Shown here piece after piece: positions 1-9,308 of a DNA stretch of 64,000 nt. The stretch covers positions 1-64,000 of the forward strand of contig JANLSU010000039.1 in assembly GCA_031362565.1 (NCBI GenBank), written 5' to 3'. Numbering within the stretch: position 1 is the first letter of the stretch; every line of letters begins with the position of its first letter. Below the pieces are notes generated by a model that saw only the letters and a program-made list of their open reading frames with translations, was not told where the DNA came from and made no database searches. The position numbers and the translations under genes were made by a program. Origin of the DNA: a bacterium. Its GTDB lineage: Bacteria; Krumholzibacteriota; Krumholzibacteriia; G020349025.

Positions 1-104
1 GCCCCGACCACTTCGTGCAACGTGATCGAACCCGGATCGCCCAGCACCTCACACGCAGACTCCGCGATCTCGGCTACGAAGTCACGATCCAGGAGGCCGC
101 TTGA
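1..104 (+). mobile_element. 3' end of an IS110-family transposase gene (partial, runs off the window start)
   Basis: Frame 3 reads PDHFVQRDRTRIAQHLTRRLRDLGYEVTIQEAA* (TGA 102-104), matching the typical IS110 C-terminal tail (G.D.F..RD......L.RRL..LGY.VT...AA). Not in the ORF track because it has no start codon in the window. Confidence 0.75.
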
Positions 105-194
105 AAGAACCCCACCCCGCGGGGGGAGTTTCTAGGTAGCAAGGCCGCACCCCACGCGCCGCAAGCCCGCCGCCCGCAGAATATTTCCGCTCCG

Positions 195-1478
195 CTACTG
201 CGTTGGCAGTTCCCAGCTGCGGCGGGGGACGGGATCACCGTGGTCGGGGTTGCCGGGAAGCCGGAGCGCGTTCATGGCGTTCAGAGCGAAGATGCCGGTC
301 GACACGACGAACACCGGCCGCATGCCGATGTGCGAGGCGAGGAAGCCGCCGAGGAGCGGGCCGACGAGGCCGCCGAGCAGGGTGGTGCTCGCTCCCAAGG
401 CGACGATGCCGCCTCGTTGCTCGTCGGGCGTGTGACTGGCGATCGTCGCATACAAGCTCGGCAACATCCCGGCCGCGAACAGTCCTTGCAGCCCCCGGAG
501 CACGAAGAGCGACGGGACGTTGGTTGCGAAGGCCTGCAGCAGGAACACCGCGCTGCCGCCGATGAATGCCATCAGCAACGCGCGGCGCTGGCCGAGGCGA
601 TCCGAAAGGCGTCCCCAACGCGGTGCCGCAATCAACGTCATGAGCCCGGTAATGCCGAACAGCACCCCGGTGGCGGACGACAAGCGCTTTGCATCGACGC
701 CAAGCGATTCCACAAACAATGCGAAGAACGGTTGCACGAGGACGATCGACAACTGGGTCAAGAAGAGCCCCAAAAGCGCGATCGGAATCGCGCCGCGGGC
801 GGCGAAGCGCAGATTCGCGAACACCGTGTTCCGCGGCCCGGCGGACCGGGTGCGGTGTTCGGTCACCAGGCGCAACACCGCGAATCCGGCGATGACTTCG
901 ATTCCGGCGGTGACGAAGAAGAGATGCCGAAAGCCGATGAGGTCGGCCAGCACGCCGCCCATGAGCGGACCCACGACGACGCCGGCCGCTTGGGATGAAC
1001 TGAGAGTGCCGAGCGCAAATCCGAGCTGCGACCGCGGCGCCGACGACGACACGAGGCCGATGGCGGCCGGAATGAACCCCGACACCACACCCTGGAGAAT
1101 GCGGAGCACCAGCAGTTGCTTGGGAGAGTGCGCGAAGCCCATCAAGAAGATCGCGATCGACAAACCAAATAGCGCCCGCACCACCATGAGCTTGCGGCCG
1201 GTGTGATCGGCGACCCAGCCCCATACCGGTGTCATGAGCGCCGCGAAGAGGAACGGCGCCGAAAAAATCGCCCCGCTCCAGCGCTGCACTTGGGCAACAT
1301 CGGAGATGCCGTACGAGCGCACGATGAGCGGCAACATGGGCAGGATGAGCGCCATGCCGGACACGGCGAGGAGTTGCGTCCACCACAGAACGTGGAGGTT
1401 GCGCTGCCAATTCGGGTCGGGCGCCAAATCCGCGTTCGATGTCGCGCCGGGTGAGGCCGATGCCGGCAGAACCTGCAT
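195..1478 (-). CDS. MFS transporter, DHA1/MdtG-like drug:H+ antiporter
   Basis: About 12 hydrophobic segments; motif A twice (WGWVADHTGRK, WGRLSDRLGQR); N-terminal WQRNL as in MdtG-like proteins; ATG overlaps the moaB stop (TGATG). Confidence 0.9.
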   Translation of the reverse strand: MQVLPASASPGATSNADLAPDPNWQRNLHVLWWTQLLAVSGMALILPMLPLIVRSYGISDVAQVQRWSGAIFSAPFLFAALMTPVWGWVADHTGRKLMVVRALFGLSIAIFLMGFAHSPKQLLVLRILQGVVSGFIPAAIGLVSSSAPRSQLGFALGTLSSSQAAGVVVGPLMGGVLADLIGFRHLFFVTAGIEVIAGFAVLRLVTEHRTRSAGPRNTVFANLRFAARGAIPIALLGLFLTQLSIVLVQPFFALFVESLGVDAKRLSSATGVLFGITGLMTLIAAPRWGRLSDRLGQRRALLMAFIGGSAVFLLQAFATNVPSLFVLRGLQGLFAAGMLPSLYATIASHTPDEQRGGIVALGASTTLLGGLVGPLLGGFLASHIGMRPVFVVSTGIFALNAMNALRLPGNPDHGDPVPRRSWELPTQ

Positions 1479-1996
1479 CAAGCACTCCGGGTCGCGCGGC
1501 GCAATTCGCCGACCAGGTGTGCAAGCTCCGGCAGAATGAGTTTGTCGAGCGCGAGCTGCACGGCGCCCCGTGACCCCGGCACCGAGAAGACGATCTTGCC
1601 GCCGATGACCCCGGCGGAGGCGCGCGACAGCATCGCCGCGCTGCCGATCGCGGCGAACGACAGGGCGCGAAACAATTCACCGAATCCCGGCAGGGTGCGT
1701 TCGTACATCGCCGCCAGGGTGTCGTACGCGAGATCGCGCGGTGCGATACCGGTGCCGCCGGTCGCCACGACGGCATCCACCGCCGGCAACCCAAACACTG
1801 CCGCCATTTCCGTTCCGAGAGTGGCCGGATTTTCGCGCAGGATCTGCGTTCCGACGACGTCGTGGCCGGCGCCCCGGAGTGCGTCGCAAATGGCGCTGCC
1901 GCTCGTGTCGGACGCGGCATCACGCGTATCGGAAAGGGTCAGGACAAAAACCGCGACGCGTTGCGGTGCGGTGGCGCGATGCTGGATTTCGCTCAT
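1478..1996 (-). CDS. moaB: Molybdenum cofactor biosynthesis protein B (MoaB/MogA family)
   Basis: LTLSD, DTSG, TGGTGIAPRD, LPGFGELFR, AMLSRASAG and VPGS motifs. Confidence 0.92.
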   Translation of the reverse strand: MSEIQHRATAPQRVAVFVLTLSDTRDAASDTSGSAICDALRGAGHDVVGTQILRENPATLGTEMAAVFGLPAVDAVVATGGTGIAPRDLAYDTLAAMYERTLPGFGELFRALSFAAIGSAAMLSRASAGVIGGKIVFSVPGSRGAVQLALDKLILPELAHLVGELRRATRSA

Positions 1997-2022
1997 GGGG
2001 TCCTTCCGTCGCGATCGCGTCG

Positions 2023-2051
2023 ATCTTACGGCACCCGCGACGGAGTCTCAA
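2023..2051 (-). promoter_or_regulatory. Putative sigma70-type promoter for moaB-MFS
   Basis: Minus strand TTGAGA-N17-TAAGAT, 26 nt upstream of the moaB ATG. Confidence 0.45.
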
Positions 2052-3918
2052 CCGAGCCGCTCATGGGGGGGCGCGAGCCGGGCCAATGGACTGGGTTGGG
2101 CTCCGGCGTCGCTGCCCTCGGTAGCGTTGTTTCCAACTGCGTCCGGAGCCGCAACGCCTCCCGGTCGACGGGCGACCGGCGGAGCGCCGCGCGTACCGCG
2201 TCGAGTGCCGCAGCCTGCCGGCCGGAGGCTTGTTCGATGCGCGCGAGTGTCATCCAGTACTCGGTCTTGGTCGAGTCCGCGGCCAGCGCCAACTGAACGT
2301 GAGAGCGCGCCGCGTCCAGATCACGGCCCAAGGCCGCCAGCGCACAGGCCAGATTGTTGTGGGCCGGGGCCAGACCGGGCCGGTGTTGGAGGGCCGCCTC
2401 GTACTCGTGTGCCGCGCCCTCGAAATCGCGCCGCGCGAACAAACGGTTGCCAAGCCCGGTGTGGTATCGCGCGTCGGCAGGGTTCGCCTCGACGGCATGC
2501 CGGTACGCCGCCAGCGAGGCGTCTTCGTTGCCACGTTGCCGATGATCGATGGCGATTTCCTCCCACAAGTAAGCGCGCGCATACGGTGACCAGAGGCGCG
2601 GCGCGGCGAGAACCCGGGTGATGTGCCCGAGCGTGGCGTCGCGCGAGTTCAAGAGGACGACCCAAGGGGTGAGATGGAACACCCCGGCCACCAGTACGAT
2701 CGCGACCGCGGTGCGTTGCGAACCCGGATGCGGCCGCACGAGACAGGCTGCCGTGAACGCCAGCAGAACGAAACCGTTCGCCGCCAGGATATCCCAGTCA
2801 CGGTAGGCTCCAAGTTCGCGCGGAAACGCCACGGACAACGCCAATCCGCCCGCCGCGGCCAAGCCGAGAAAGCGTTGCAGCGGGTCGAAGGATTGCGCCC
2901 GCGCGACGAGGATCGCCGGCAGTGCCATCAGTGCGAGCGGTGCTGCCAAGAGCGAATCGTTCAAGAACGCCAGCAGGTGAGGCAGCGAAAAAAATCCAAA
3001 CGCATGCCGCCCATCGTCGCGGTGGAATGCCGCGGCAAAATACCGGCTCAATTCAGAACCGGTCGAGGCCGTGACGCCGCTCACGGTGCTGCGCGAAATG
3101 CGCGCCAGCACGAGCGCCAGGCCGGTACTGCCGGCGACAGCGAGCGCGGTCGGGAGCCGGCGGCCGGCACGGATGTCGCGCCACCCCAAGTAGAGCTGCG
3201 CAGGCGCCAGCGCGAGCGTCTGCAGATGCATCGGCAACAACACGCCAAACCCGAACCACGTCGGCCACGTGGCGCGTTCACCGGCGACGGCGCGGCATGC
3301 GAGCAGGAGATACAAGGCGACGACGGCAGTGTGTGCCGCGTAGTACTCGACGTGGCCGTAGAAAAGCTGCATCGATCCGGCGGTGAGCAGGAGCGCTGCG
3401 GTCAAGAACCGGCCGCCGCGATCCTCCGTGAAGCAAGCCGCCAAGCGCAGGAACACATAGACGGCACACGCGCCGGACACGATCGACAGCAGAACCAAAC
3501 TGGTTTCGACGCCAACGCCGGCTGCCGTGGCGAATCGTACCCACAGGATCGTGATGCGCACCAGCAAAGGCGCGTGTGAAGAGGTGACGGAAAGGCCGTG
3601 ATCCCGGATGAGCAACGCGCCGTCGCCGAAGAAATGGGTTCGCTCGCGAAGCAAGTAGAACGGAACGAGGCTGGCGACGGCGATGAGGGCGCTGGTGCGG
3701 CGGTTTGGAAACGGCAGGACGTTGGGGCGCGCGCCCGGGCGCCGCGCGAGGACGAGTCCGCCGACGGCGAGCGCGGCCCAGAGAAGCGGTAGAGCCGGCG
3801 GGGCGGCGGCAAGATGCGACAGGCCCCAGAGCGCACCCGGCGCGAGAAAGGTGGCGGCGAGCTGCGCGGCAACGAGGCACAACGCGCCAAACCACAGGAT
3901 GCCATCACGTTTAGTCAT
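2026..3918 (-). CDS. Polytopic membrane protein with C-terminal TPRs (GT-C/TMTC-like architecture)
   Basis: More than 10 TM segments, an FFGDG loop, RDWD motif, and TPR repeats (AYRHAVEANPADARYHTGLG, AHNNLA). Start taken at MTKRDG (ATG 3918). Confidence 0.7.
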   Translation of the reverse strand: MTKRDGILWFGALCLVAAQLAATFLAPGALWGLSHLAAAPPALPLLWAALAVGGLVLARRPGARPNVLPFPNRRTSALIAVASLVPFYLLRERTHFFGDGALLIRDHGLSVTSSHAPLLVRITILWVRFATAAGVGVETSLVLLSIVSGACAVYVFLRLAACFTEDRGGRFLTAALLLTAGSMQLFYGHVEYYAAHTAVVALYLLLACRAVAGERATWPTWFGFGVLLPMHLQTLALAPAQLYLGWRDIRAGRRLPTALAVAGSTGLALVLARISRSTVSGVTASTGSELSRYFAAAFHRDDGRHAFGFFSLPHLLAFLNDSLLAAPLALMALPAILVARAQSFDPLQRFLGLAAAGGLALSVAFPRELGAYRDWDILAANGFVLLAFTAACLVRPHPGSQRTAVAIVLVAGVFHLTPWVVLLNSRDATLGHITRVLAAPRLWSPYARAYLWEEIAIDHRQRGNEDASLAAYRHAVEANPADARYHTGLGNRLFARRDFEGAAHEYEAALQHRPGLAPAHNNLACALAALGRDLDAARSHVQLALAADSTKTEYWMTLARIEQASGRQAAALDAVRAALRRSPVDREALRLRTQLETTLPRAATPEPNPVHWPGSRPPMSGSVETPSRVP

Positions 3919-3971
3919 CGGTGGAGAGTGCCACGGGTCGGACGCGGCAGCAAGCGGTGGGGCAGAACGTC

Positions 3972-4006
3972 GACGCGCGCCGCGGCCAGGGGCCACGGCG
4001 CGCGTT
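3972..4006 (-). terminator. GC-rich hairpin downstream of the DUF4446 gene
   Basis: Inverted repeat gacgcgcgccg...cggcgcgcgtt; no clear U-tract. Confidence 0.35.
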
Positions 4007-4023
4007 CGATCGAGCGAATCTGT

Positions 4024-4599
4024 TCAGGCGTGCGAAACCTCGGGCACCTTTTCCACCGGTACGGCAGGCGCGGTGGCGGCCACTTGGACCGGTGCGCCGA
4101 GCGGGCTCAGGGCGAGGCGTTCCTTCGCCATCTCGAGGACGGTTTTTTCTTCATCCGACATGGCGAGTTCGCACACGCCGTTCTTGACCGGCTTCGCGTA
4201 GCCGCGGTAGTCGTTGCGGCCGGCGATACTCGTGGTCACGACGCCGTTTTGGTGCGCGTCGAGCAGACACAACGAGTAGCTCTGCGAGCCGCGAATGTCT
4301 TCGAACGCGTCGTACTTGAGGAAGCCGACACCCTGCAGCGTCGTGTGCAACTGGGTCTCGATGCGATGCATGTACGCCCGGGTTTCCTCGATGCGTTCGG
4401 CATTGCGTTCGACGCCGAGCAGTTGTGCCTGGAGTGCTACGGGCACTCCATCCTTTTCAGCGGCCTGCGCCAATTCCTCGTAGGGGCGCGCGAAACGCTG
4501 GAAGCGCTGGTAGAGTGTGATCCACCCGACCAGAGCCACAATTCCGATGACTGCGCCCGCGACTCCCACCGCCGGCGCCCACGGCTGCAGGCTTTCCAT
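4024..4599 (-). CDS. DUF4446 family protein
   Basis: N-terminal TM, coiled coil, then VGFLKYDAFEDIRGSQSYSLCLLD..NGVVTTSI.GR...R.YAKPVKNG....SDEE; GGAGGAG RBS before ATG 4599. Confidence 0.85.
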   Translation of the reverse strand: MESLQPWAPAVGVAGAVIGIVALVGWITLYQRFQRFARPYEELAQAAEKDGVPVALQAQLLGVERNAERIEETRAYMHRIETQLHTTLQGVGFLKYDAFEDIRGSQSYSLCLLDAHQNGVVTTSIAGRNDYRGYAKPVKNGVCELAMSDEEKTVLEMAKERLALSPLGAPVQVAATAPAVPVEKVPEVSHA

Positions 4600-4652
4600 C
4601 GAACTCCTCCGTTCCAGACCTAGGGCACGAGGCTCTCTTCCAAAAGCTGGAG

Positions 4653-4668
4653 AGCGAAGCCTGTGCCA
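4653..4668 (-). promoter_or_regulatory. Putative sigma54 (-24/-12) promoter of the DUF4446 gene
   Basis: Minus strand TGGCAC-AGGCT-TCGCT versus consensus TGGCAC-N5-TTGCW. Confidence 0.55.
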
Positions 4669-4936
4669 CCCTTGGCGGAGCTTTGGGGAATCAGCCGCAA
4701 CGCCGCGTTCGGGTCGCACCTGGGCCCGCGGAAGGGGGGAGCGGCAGCGCTTCTGCCGACAGATCACCGGCCGGCCGGACAAAACCGATCCAACCGGGCG
4801 CCCGCCTGCACCGCGCGGCCGGGGTCGGCGGCGCGGCAGATATGGCAGAATGCAGGCCGCTTGTGCGCCGCGGAGGAGCGGGGTGGCGGCACCCACTCCG
4901 GACGTCCGTCCTGCACCACGCCGGAGGAATGCAACT

Positions 4937-6328
4937 ATGAGCCGTACTGCGGCAGCGGCCGTCGTGCGCCGGATCCGCGCCGCCGGCTTCGACGCCTACT
5001 GTGTCGGCGGCTGCGTGCGCGACACACTCCTCGGACTCGAGCCCAAGGACTGGGACATCGCCACCGCCGCACGGCCGGAAGACTGTCTGCCGCTCTTCGC
5101 CGCGACGCGCGAAGTCGGGCGGCACTTCGGCGTCCTGCAGGTCAAGGAAGATGGCATCTGGATCGAGGTCGCGACGTTTCGCAGCGAGGGGCCGTACTCC
5201 GACGGCCGCCGGCCCGATCACGTCGTGTTCACCGATGCACGCGCCGACGCCGAGCGGCGCGACTTCACGGTCAACGCACTCTTCCAGGATCCCGAGACCG
5301 GCGCGATTCTCGATTTCGTCGGTGGCCAGGCCGACCTCGCGGCGCGGCGCATTCGTGCCGTCGGCGATCCGGCGGCGCGCTTCGCGGAAGATGCGCTGCG
5401 TTTACTGCGGGCGGTACGGTTCGCATGCCGCTTGGATTTCGCAATCGAATCGCAAACGTGGGACGCTTTGCAGAGCGCCGCGCGGGGCGTGGAGAAGACG
5501 AGCGCCGAGCGCGTTCGCGATGAACTGCTGGCGATTCTCACCGGACCCAATCCGCGCCGCGGGTTCGAGTTGCTGTTGGACAGCGGCCTCCTGCCGGTGA
5601 TTCTGCCGGAGGTCGCCGCCTACCGCGGCGTCACTCAATCGCCGCGTCACCATCCGGAAGGCGACGTGTGGGAACACACCCTCCGCATGCTGGCGCTGCT
5701 CGACGATCCATCGCCCGATCTGGCACTGGGGGTGTTGTTGCACGACGTCGGCAAACCGGTGACGCGGTCCGAGGACACGGAGATTCACTTCTACGGCCAC
5801 GAAGTGCGCGGCGTCGAGATCGCGGCGCGCCTGCTGGATCGACTGCGGGTCGCGAACGCGACCCAGGACGCCGTGCTCGCGATGATCGGCCAGCACATGC
5901 GTTTCCTCGATGCGCCGCACATGAAGCAGAGCACGCGGCGCCGCTTCGTGCTGCAGCCGCATTTCGCGGCCATTCTCGAGCTGCATCGCCTCGATCGCCT
6001 CGGAGCGAGCGGCAATCTCGCGGCGTACGAGTTGTGTCGCGCCGAACTCGCGGCGCTCCAGAGCGAGCCGGCCGCCGAACCGATGCGTCCGCTACTGTCG
6101 GGCCACGACCTCATGGAACTGGGGATCGCCCCCGGGCCGGAGATCGGCCGCCTGTTGGCTTTGCTCGTTGACGCGCAACTCGAAGGCGAGGTCACGAATC
6201 GGGACACGGCGCGTGCGTGGCTGGCGCGGTACCGCGATGCGGCTGCGGCGGGCCCCGAATCGACGCCTGGCGCCAGCCCGAGCCGGGCGTTGCAACCGCC
6301 GTCGCCACAAGGGGATGAGGGAGCTTGA
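4937..6328 (+). CDS. cca: CCA tRNA nucleotidyltransferase with HD domain (class II NTase)
   Basis: VGGCVRD, DWDIAT, EVATFR, flexible loop YSDGRRP, RRDFTVNA, EDALRLLRAVRF, HD motif LLHDVGK; GGAGG RBS before ATG 4937. Confidence 0.88.
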   Translation: MSRTAAAAVVRRIRAAGFDAYCVGGCVRDTLLGLEPKDWDIATAARPEDCLPLFAATREVGRHFGVLQVKEDGIWIEVATFRSEGPYSDGRRPDHVVFTDARADAERRDFTVNALFQDPETGAILDFVGGQADLAARRIRAVGDPAARFAEDALRLLRAVRFACRLDFAIESQTWDALQSAARGVEKTSAERVRDELLAILTGPNPRRGFELLLDSGLLPVILPEVAAYRGVTQSPRHHPEGDVWEHTLRMLALLDDPSPDLALGVLLHDVGKPVTRSEDTEIHFYGHEVRGVEIAARLLDRLRVANATQDAVLAMIGQHMRFLDAPHMKQSTRRRFVLQPHFAAILELHRLDRLGASGNLAAYELCRAELAALQSEPAAEPMRPLLSGHDLMELGIAPGPEIGRLLALLVDAQLEGEVTNRDTARAWLARYRDAAAAGPESTPGASPSRALQPPSPQGDEGA

Positions 6329-6353
6329 CAAGCCCGGCCGCGAACCGCAACCT
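6325..6353 (+). promoter_or_regulatory. Putative tRNA promoter overlapping the cca stop codon
   Basis: Perfect TTGACA (6325-6330), N17, weak -10 CAACCT, then a GC-rich discriminator 10 nt before the tRNA. Confidence 0.45.
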
Positions 6354-6363
6354 AGGGGCGCAT

Positions 6364-6440
6364 GGGCGATTAGCTCAGTTGGCTAGAGCGCTTGCTCGAC
6401 ACGCAAGAGGTCACAGGTTCGACTCCTGTATCGCCCACCA
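6364..6440 (+). tRNA. tRNA-Val(GAC), CCA encoded
   Basis: Acceptor GGGCGAT/ATCGCCC, D-arm AGCTCAGTTGGCTAGAGC, anticodon arm CTTGC-TCGACAC-GCAAG, T-arm ACAGGTTCGACTCCTGT, ends ACCA. Confidence 0.97.
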
Positions 6441-6518
6441 TTTTTTCCCGACGCTTTGGGCCCGCGCGGCGACGCGCGGGCCTTCGCGTTCGTACGGGCC
6501 CGCCCGCGGAGGCGCGTC

Positions 6519-9308
6519 GTGAAACTCTTCGCGCCGGTGCGGCCCGATGAGCGGCGTGCCGTCGGTTTGGCATTTGCGACCCTGCTCGGCATCATGGCGT
6601 CACACTCGCTCTTGGAAACGGCGCGAGATGCGCTCTTTCTGTCACGTTTGCCGGCGTCACGACTGGCGTGGGTGTACCTCGCGGTTGCCGCGGTGTCACT
6701 CGCACTGTTCGCATTGCAGGCGCGCGCCGGCCGGGTGCGCGCCGGGCGCGCGGCGCTCGTGGCGTGGCTCTTGGGCGCGAGCGCCGTCGACACCGCATTC
6801 TGGTTTGCCATTCACCGGTCCGGCACCGCCGTTCTCTACGCGCTCTATTTGTGGTCGGGGGTCTTTGCGACGCTCGTCGTGGTGCGATTCTGGACCCTCG
6901 TGGGGGAATTGTTCACGGTCGGCCAAGCGAAACGCCTCTTCGCGTTGATCGGCAGCGGCAGTGTTCTCGGCGCGATCGTCGGTGGCGCGATCGGCCGGAT
7001 TCTGGCCGGTGGAATGGAGATCGGCAGCCTGTTGCTGGCCTCGGCGGCGCTTCTCGTTCTGACCGCCGTGGGTCCGGTGCTGTGGCTTCCACAGCCGTCG
7101 GAAGTTGCGGCGTCACGTTCGGAGCGCGGCCGGTCCCGCGCTGCCGCCGCGCCCGGCGCACCGCCGGTCGTGGTGCACGCACCTGGCGCGGCGTGGCGCG
7201 ATGTCGTCGCGACGGCGCGGCTCGTGGCCGAGCGTCCGTATTTGCGGGGCGCCGCCACCCTCGTCCTGTTGTCGACCGTCACTCTGACGAGCGTCGATTT
7301 TCTCTTCAAGAGTGCGGCGGCGGCGCATGTACCGAAGGCCGACCTGGGCGCGTTTTTTGCCGGCACGACACTGGTGTTCAACATCGCATCGCTGGTGGTG
7401 CAGGTGGCCGGCGTGGGGTGGCTCGTTCGCACCCAGCGCATCGACCGGGTGCTGTCGGTGTTGCCGGCGATGCTCGTGCCGCTCGCTGCCGCGGTCGCCG
7501 CCGGTGGCGGCTTCGTCGCGGCATTCGCCCTCAAGGCCTGCGACGGTGCGCTCCGCCACTCCGTGCACCGCACCGCCACCGAAGTGCTGTTCGTGCCGCT
7601 CGCGGCGACGATTCGCAGCCGCGTCAAAGGCTTGGTCGACGTGGTCGGACAGCGCGGCGGCCAGGCCATTGCATCGCTGGTCATCTTGCTGTCGCTGGCG
7701 GTGCCCGGTGGTGCACGTCTCTTGGCGGTGGTCGTTGGATTGCTGGCGCTGGCGTGGCTCGTGGCGGCGCGCCGTCTCAAGAAACACTATGTCGATTTGT
7801 TCCGCGACACTCTGAGTGAAGTCGCGGTGCGGACCCGATTCGAGTTTCCGGAACTGGATCTCGCGTCGCTCGAAGCGCTCATCCAGGGCCTGAACAGCAC
7901 CCGTGATGCGGAAGTGCTCGCGGCGCTCGACTTCCTAGTGGAGCAGGATCGCGTCCGGCTGGTGCCGGCGCTCCTGCTCTATCATCCATCACCGGCAATC
8001 GTCGTGCGGGGCCTCGAGTTGTTCACAGCCGCGGGTCGCGAAGACGTGCTGCCGATCACCGAACGCTTGCTCGAACACCCGGACGCCGAAGTGCGTGCCG
8101 CAACGCTGCGAGCCCGCGCTTGGCTGTCGCCGAGCGCCGAACTGTATGCGCGTTTCGTGACCGATCCGTCACCGATTGTGGTGGCGACGGCTTTGGTGGG
8201 ACAGGTCTCCTACGGCGGCACGGCGGCCACTGCGGCGCGTCAGCGCATGCAGCAGCTTTTGGACAAAGGCAGCCTCGACGAAGCGACGGCTTTGGCGCGG
8301 GCGATTCGCACCAGCCCCGGCGCCGGCTACGAAGGCGTGTTGCTGGCCCTTGCGGCATTGCCGGATGCCCGAGTGCGGCTCGAGACGGCGCGCGCCATGC
8401 GGGAAATTCTCGCGCCGCGCTTCATCCCCGCTCTTTTCGCCATGCTGCCGGATCAGTCGTTGCGACTCGAAGCCCGCGCCACGCTCGTGGCCCTGGGCGC
8501 CGACGCATTGGCGCGGCTCGACGCCGCGCTCACGGATCGCAGTGTCGACGTGAAGATCCGCCGTCAGCTGCCGCGCACCATCGGGCAATTCGGTGCCGCC
8601 GCCGCGGCGGGCATTCTCATGCGGCACTTGCGCGACGAACCGGAAGGCGCGGTGCGGTTTCGGATTCTGCGCACTCTCGCCCGGCTGCAAGACGACGATC
8701 CAAGGCTCGGTCTCGACCGCAAGACACTGGAAGATGCGCTCGAGGCGGCGCTCGCAAGCGTCCGGCGGGTGCTCGCGTGGCGCGTCGAACTCGCGGTGCA
8801 CACCCAGGCGGTTGCGGCAAGCCGCACCCCGGTGCAAGAGCTCGTCGGTGCGCTGCTCGAGCACAAAGAACTGCAGGCCATGGAAAGAGTGTTCCTGCTG
8901 CTCGGGCTTCTGCATCCGGAAGAGAACGTGCGCAGCGTGCAGCGCGGATTGCGGAGCCGCGACCGGGCGGTCAGGGCCAGCAGTCTCGAACTCTTGGACA
9001 ACGTGCTGCGGGCGCCATTCCGGGCCCCGGTGCTGGCACTCGTCGACGATTTGCCCGACGCCGAACGTTTGGCGCGGGCCGGCGGCGGAGCGCCACGCCA
9101 CGGCGCCGGCTACGAAACGTTGCTCGGCGACCTGCTGGAACGCGGCGGACTCGGGATGCGGGCTCTGGTGGCGTATCACGCCGGCGAAATGCGCCTGCAC
9201 GGCTTGCGCGACCGGATCGGCGCCTTGCCGCGCGATCATGGCGGTCTCCTGGAGCCGGTCGTGCAACGCACGATGGTGTTGCTGGCCGAAGCGCGCCGGG
9301 AGGCGTAG
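6519..9308 (+). CDS. NTT/TLC (Npt1/Npt2-like ATP/ADP translocase family) transporter fused to HEAT/ARM repeats
   Basis: VRPDERR, LLETARDALFL, FW...ELFTVGQAKRLF, DGALRHSVHR..EVLFVP, R.KGLVD...R.G, followed by HEAT repeats (LLEHPDAEVRAA). GTG start with a GGAGG RBS. Confidence 0.82.
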   Translation: MKLFAPVRPDERRAVGLAFATLLGIMASHSLLETARDALFLSRLPASRLAWVYLAVAAVSLALFALQARAGRVRAGRAALVAWLLGASAVDTAFWFAIHRSGTAVLYALYLWSGVFATLVVVRFWTLVGELFTVGQAKRLFALIGSGSVLGAIVGGAIGRILAGGMEIGSLLLASAALLVLTAVGPVLWLPQPSEVAASRSERGRSRAAAAPGAPPVVVHAPGAAWRDVVATARLVAERPYLRGAATLVLLSTVTLTSVDFLFKSAAAAHVPKADLGAFFAGTTLVFNIASLVVQVAGVGWLVRTQRIDRVLSVLPAMLVPLAAAVAAGGGFVAAFALKACDGALRHSVHRTATEVLFVPLAATIRSRVKGLVDVVGQRGGQAIASLVILLSLAVPGGARLLAVVVGLLALAWLVAARRLKKHYVDLFRDTLSEVAVRTRFEFPELDLASLEALIQGLNSTRDAEVLAALDFLVEQDRVRLVPALLLYHPSPAIVVRGLELFTAAGREDVLPITERLLEHPDAEVRAATLRARAWLSPSAELYARFVTDPSPIVVATALVGQVSYGGTAATAARQRMQQLLDKGSLDEATALARAIRTSPGAGYEGVLLALAALPDARVRLETARAMREILAPRFIPALFAMLPDQSLRLEARATLVALGADALARLDAALTDRSVDVKIRRQLPRTIGQFGAAAAAGILMRHLRDEPEGAVRFRILRTLARLQDDDPRLGLDRKTLEDALEAALASVRRVLAWRVELAVHTQAVAASRTPVQELVGALLEHKELQAMERVFLLLGLLHPEENVRSVQRGLRSRDRAVRASSLELLDNVLRAPFRAPVLALVDDLPDAERLARAGGGAPRHGAGYETLLGDLLERGGLGMRALVAYHAGEMRLHGLRDRIGALPRDHGGLLEPVVQRTMVLLAEARREA

